Source of the DNA: a bacterium
GTDB taxonomy: Bacteria; RBG-13-61-14; DATKZS01
DNA length: 13,064 bases
Reading direction: 5' to 3'
Assembly: GCA_046484135.1 (NCBI GenBank)
Contig: JAWOBU010000016.1
Coordinates: 1-13,064, forward strand
The position numbers and the translations under genes were made by a program. Numbering within the stretch: the stretch's first letter is position 1; each line of letters opens with the position of its first letter. The notes under the pieces were generated by a model. That model was not told the origin of the DNA and did not search any database. It saw only the letters and a list, made by a program, of their open reading frames with translations. Positions 9,898 to 13,064 of the stretch are shown in pieces.

Positions 9898-11709
9898 TCA
9901 GGCCGAGGCCTGCACCCTCTCGATCAATGAGGGGATATCGTCGGTGATCTTCTGGATCTCGGTCATGTCCCCGTACTCGATGGCCTTCCGGGCCTTGTTG
10001 GAAACCGAGCGGGCCTCGCTTTTCACTTCGGTGGGAAGCTCTGCCTGGTGGGTCTGGATTTCCTTCTCCAGCTTCTTGACCAGCCCTTCCAGCTTCTGGC
10101 AGGCCACCTCGATCTCTTCCTTGGATTTGAGCTCGACCTCGTAGCTCTTGGAGGCGTCCACCATCCACTGGATTTCCTGCTCGGTAAGGCCGGAACTCGC
10201 CGTAACCTGGATGGATTGCTCCTGCCCGGTGTCCATGTCCTTGGCGGATACCGACACAATCCCGTCCGCGTCAATGTCAAAGGTGACCTCGATCTCGGGC
10301 TCGCCCCGCTTGGCCGGCCGGATGCCCGAAAGCATGAACTCGCCCAGAAGCTCGTTCTCCGTGGCCCGGTCGGACTCGCCCTGCAGGACCAGTATCTTCA
10401 CCGAGGTCTGGTTGTCCGCGGCAGTGGTAAACACGTGGGTGTCGTGGGTGGGAATGGTGGTGTTCTTCTCGATGATCTTGGTGAAGAACCCGCCAAAGGT
10501 GGCTATACCCAGGCTTAAAGGCGTCACATCCAGAAGAAGCATGTCTTCGCTTTCTTCTTCGCCTTCATCCTTTTCTCCCAGGGCCATGCCCTGGATGGCC
10601 GCTCCCTGCGCCACCACCTCGTCCGGGTGGACCCCTTTGCGGGGAGGTTTGCCGAAGAAATCCTGGACTTTCTTCATCACCATGGGCATACGGGTCTGCC
10701 CTCCCACCAGGATGACTTCGTCTATGTCCTCCTTGGTCAGGTTGGCCGCCTGCAGGGTCTTCTCGCAGATGGAAACGGTGCGGTCCACCAGGTCCGCGGT
10801 TATCTCTTCCAGCTTCTGGCGGGTGAGGATCAGGTTGAGATGAAGAGGACCGTCATCCCCCATGGCGATAAAGGGAAGGTTTATCTCGGTCTGAAGCGCC
10901 TCGGAAAGCTCTATCTTGGCCTTTTCCGCCACGTCCTTTAAGCGCTGGAGTGCCATCTTGTCGCGACGGAGGTTCACGGAAGAAGATTCCTGGAAGCTCT
11001 CCGCCAGGTAATCTATGATCCGGTCGTCAAAGTCGTCTCCTCCCAGGTAGGTGTCGCCCGCGGTGGATATGACCTCGAAGACCCCCTCGGATATCTCCAA
11101 AAGAGAGATATCAAAGGTGCCGCCTCCCAGGTCGAAGATGGCCACGGTCTGGTCCAGGGTCTTGCCGAACCCGTAGGAAAGCGCGGCCGCGGTGGGCTCG
11201 TTGATGATCCGGAGCACGTCCATGCCCGCGATCCTGCCGGCGTCCTTGGTGGCCTGCCGCTGGTTGTCGTTGAAGTAAGCCGGGACCGTGATTACCGCTT
11301 CCTGCACCGGCTCGCCCAGGTACTCCTCCGCCACCCTTCTCATCTCCTGGAGCACCATGGAAGCTATCTCGGGCAGGCTGTACTCGTTGCCCTGGATCAT
11401 GATCCTGATGTCCATGTGCGGACCTTCCACTATCTGGTAGGGGTATGAGGCCACCGCTTTTTTTACCTCGGGCGAATCGAACTTCCTGCCGATCAGGCGC
11501 TTGGTCCCGTAGACGGTGTGATGGGGGTTGGTCACCATCTGCCGCTTGGCCAGGTGTCCTACCAGTCGCCGGCCTCCCTCTTCAAAAGCGACCATGGAAG
11601 GAGTGGTCTTGTATCCGCCTTTATTGGGGATCACTTTGGGCTGTCCGTTCTCCACCACCCCTACGCACGAGTTGGTGGTTCCGAGGTCAATTCCAATCAC
11701 TTTAGACAT
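9898..11709 (-). CDS. dnaK: Hsp70/DnaK-family chaperone (paralog, lacks the disordered C-terminal tail)
   Basis: VIGIDLGTTNSC, AVITVPAYFND, RIINEPTAAAL, DLGGGTFDIS, VILVGGQTRMP, LLLDVTPLSLG, NTTIPT, IEVTFDIDADGI; purine-rich RBS AGGAGGAG overlapping the upstream stop codon. Confidence 0.96.
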   Translation of the reverse strand: MSKVIGIDLGTTNSCVGVVENGQPKVIPNKGGYKTTPSMVAFEEGGRRLVGHLAKRQMVTNPHHTVYGTKRLIGRKFDSPEVKKAVASYPYQIVEGPHMDIRIMIQGNEYSLPEIASMVLQEMRRVAEEYLGEPVQEAVITVPAYFNDNQRQATKDAGRIAGMDVLRIINEPTAAALSYGFGKTLDQTVAIFDLGGGTFDISLLEISEGVFEVISTAGDTYLGGDDFDDRIIDYLAESFQESSSVNLRRDKMALQRLKDVAEKAKIELSEALQTEINLPFIAMGDDGPLHLNLILTRQKLEEITADLVDRTVSICEKTLQAANLTKEDIDEVILVGGQTRMPMVMKKVQDFFGKPPRKGVHPDEVVAQGAAIQGMALGEKDEGEEESEDMLLLDVTPLSLGIATFGGFFTKIIEKNTTIPTHDTHVFTTAADNQTSVKILVLQGESDRATENELLGEFMLSGIRPAKRGEPEIEVTFDIDADGIVSVSAKDMDTGQEQSIQVTASSGLTEQEIQWMVDASKSYEVELKSKEEIEVACQKLEGLVKKLEKEIQTHQAELPTEVKSEARSVSNKARKAIEYGDMTEIQKITDDIPSLIERVQASA

Positions 11710-11719
11710 GCTTCTCCTC

Positions 11720-13063
11720 CTAGCCGCGCTTCAGACTCTTCAACTCCTTGGAAGCTATCTTGTTTTTAGGGTCCAATTTTAATACCTTGTTCAATTGAAC
11801 GATAGCGGGCTGCTTCTGCCCAAGCCCCTTGTAAGCCCGGGCCAGGCACAAATGATACTCCGGCACTCCGGCCTCCATCTCCACGGCCTTTAAAGCCAGG
11901 CTCCGCGCCCGCTCGTAGTTGGCGTCCAGCTCCATGGAAAGCTCCGCCATCCGGTAGTGGAGCTTGGGGGACTCGTAGCCCAGGTTAAGGGCTTCCTTGT
12001 AATACCGGAGCGCTTCCGACAGGTGGCCTGCCGCCTGAGAGTCCTGGCCGGCTTTGAACTCGACCTCCGCTTTATGGGAGTCCTCCTTCTTCTCCAGCTC
12101 CTCTTTCAGCTTTTTATACTTGGAGTTGCCCGGCTCGTACTGCAAGGCAAGCTCCAGGTTGGTCTTCGCTCCTTTCAGGTTCCCCCGGTCTCTCTCCTGC
12201 AACGCCCAGTTATAAAACTTCCGGCCCTGCTCATCGGAGGCCCTGCCGCCCTCCTGTTTCATCTTCTCCACCTGCTTCTTGATGGGAGAAGAACTCTTCT
12301 TGCCTTTCAAGTCCAGCTTGAGCTTGGTCCCCTCCGAGATGCCCGACTTCCGGGTCAGCCTGGTCGTGGTGATGCCGAGCTTGGCCTGCTTGTCCGCCCG
12401 CTGCCGCGAAGCCTCGCTGCCTTTCACTCCCCTGGTTCTCGAGGTCGGCGAGACCGGGGCCACCATAATCTCTTCCTCTTCCTCCGTTTCCAGCTTAAGA
12501 TCATACTCCCGCCGGACATCAGGATCAAGAAGCTCCCGGTAGCCCTTGTTCAACTGCTTGAAAATCTCCTGCAGCTTTCCCTTGAACTCCTTGTCCGCGT
12601 TCCGGTAATAACGGTCCGGGTGAAAAAGCTTGGTCCCTTTCAAGTAGGCCTTTTTTATCTTTTCCGGTCTGGCTCCCCGATCCACATTCAGAAGCTCATA
12701 ATAACTCAAATTTTCAAGGTTTACAAAAATTGACTCCACTATTCTTTTGAATTCCTCTCCTTGGGGGAGAGGCTTTTTAAGGACCTTCTTCAGCTCGGCC
12801 AGGTCGTATAAATCTTCCGAAACCTCGACATCAGCGGCATCCGGCGCGGGCTTCTCTTTCTCTTCTCCCCCGCGGAAAACGATCACGTTTTTCTCTTGTA
12901 GGTCGCGAATGATCCCCATGGTTTTGTCCCGGCCCATTCCGGAGGTGTAAGCCAAGCTCTCCAGGTCGGTCCTTCCGTCAATCCTGGAGATGAGAAACCC
13001 CTCTTCCGGCCCTATGTCCAGGTTCATTATCTCGACCCCTTCACATACCACGGGTATGGACCT
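11720..13063 (-). CDS. J-domain (DnaJ class C) protein with N-terminal winged-helix-like segment and C-terminal TPR repeats; probably 5'-partial
   Basis: J-domain SYYELLNV...IKKAY...FHPDRY...FKQLNKGYRELLDPDVRREYD (HPD at 12622-12614); TPR-like units (LELALQYEPGN, YKEALNL, ALKAVEMEAG, VLKLDPKN). The frame stays open upstream of the GTG at 13051 to the window edge (RSIPVVC...), so the true start may lie outside. Confidence 0.88.
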   Translation of the reverse strand, partial: RSIPVVCEGVEIMNLDIGPEEGFLISRIDGRTDLESLAYTSGMGRDKTMGIIRDLQEKNVIVFRGGEEKEKPAPDAADVEVSEDLYDLAELKKVLKKPLPQGEEFKRIVESIFVNLENLSYYELLNVDRGARPEKIKKAYLKGTKLFHPDRYYRNADKEFKGKLQEIFKQLNKGYRELLDPDVRREYDLKLETEEEEEIMVAPVSPTSRTRGVKGSEASRQRADKQAKLGITTTRLTRKSGISEGTKLKLDLKGKKSSSPIKKQVEKMKQEGGRASDEQGRKFYNWALQERDRGNLKGAKTNLELALQYEPGNSKYKKLKEELEKKEDSHKAEVEFKAGQDSQAAGHLSEALRYYKEALNLGYESPKLHYRMAELSMELDANYERARSLALKAVEMEAGVPEYHLCLARAYKGLGQKQPAIVQLNKVLKLDPKNKIASKELKSLKRG

Positions 13064-13064
13064 G

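Noticed and set aside
9899..9912. CAGGCC-GA-GGCCTG palindrome at the dnaK 3' end as a bidirectional terminator
   Set aside because: Short stem, 2-nt loop, lies within dnaK coding sequence and has no U-tract on either side.
10048..12733. Plus-strand ORFs opposite dnaK and the J/TPR gene (e.g. 10148..10843, 11957..12733)
   Set aside because: Antisense ORFs opposite Hsp70 genes are a well-known artefact; no independent evidence.

Overview
Bacterial chromosomal window, probably from a diderm of the Desulfobacterota/Myxococcota-like group (inferred from protein style, not verified). It has three blocks. (1) 1-3953, minus strand, progressively more AT-rich towards position 1: the start of a surface-polysaccharide locus (wzm, wzt with a C-terminal extension, a Zn-ribbon SAM methyltransferase, and a 2x[4Fe-4S]/FrhB-like gene). 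The FrhB-like gene stops abruptly and abuts an unrelated GYF_2-like reading frame at the window edge. (2) 4169-9665, plus strand, GC-rich housekeeping cluster argG - class V aminotransferase - serA - purA, preceded by a divergent sigma70-like promoter pair and followed by a 42-aa lipoprotein-like ORF absent from the ORF track. (3) 9898-13064, minus strand: a non-canonical DnaK paralog tightly coupled to an upstream winged-helix-like/J-domain/TPR protein, a candidate dedicated chaperone module. No rRNA, tRNA, CRISPR array or transposase was recognised.
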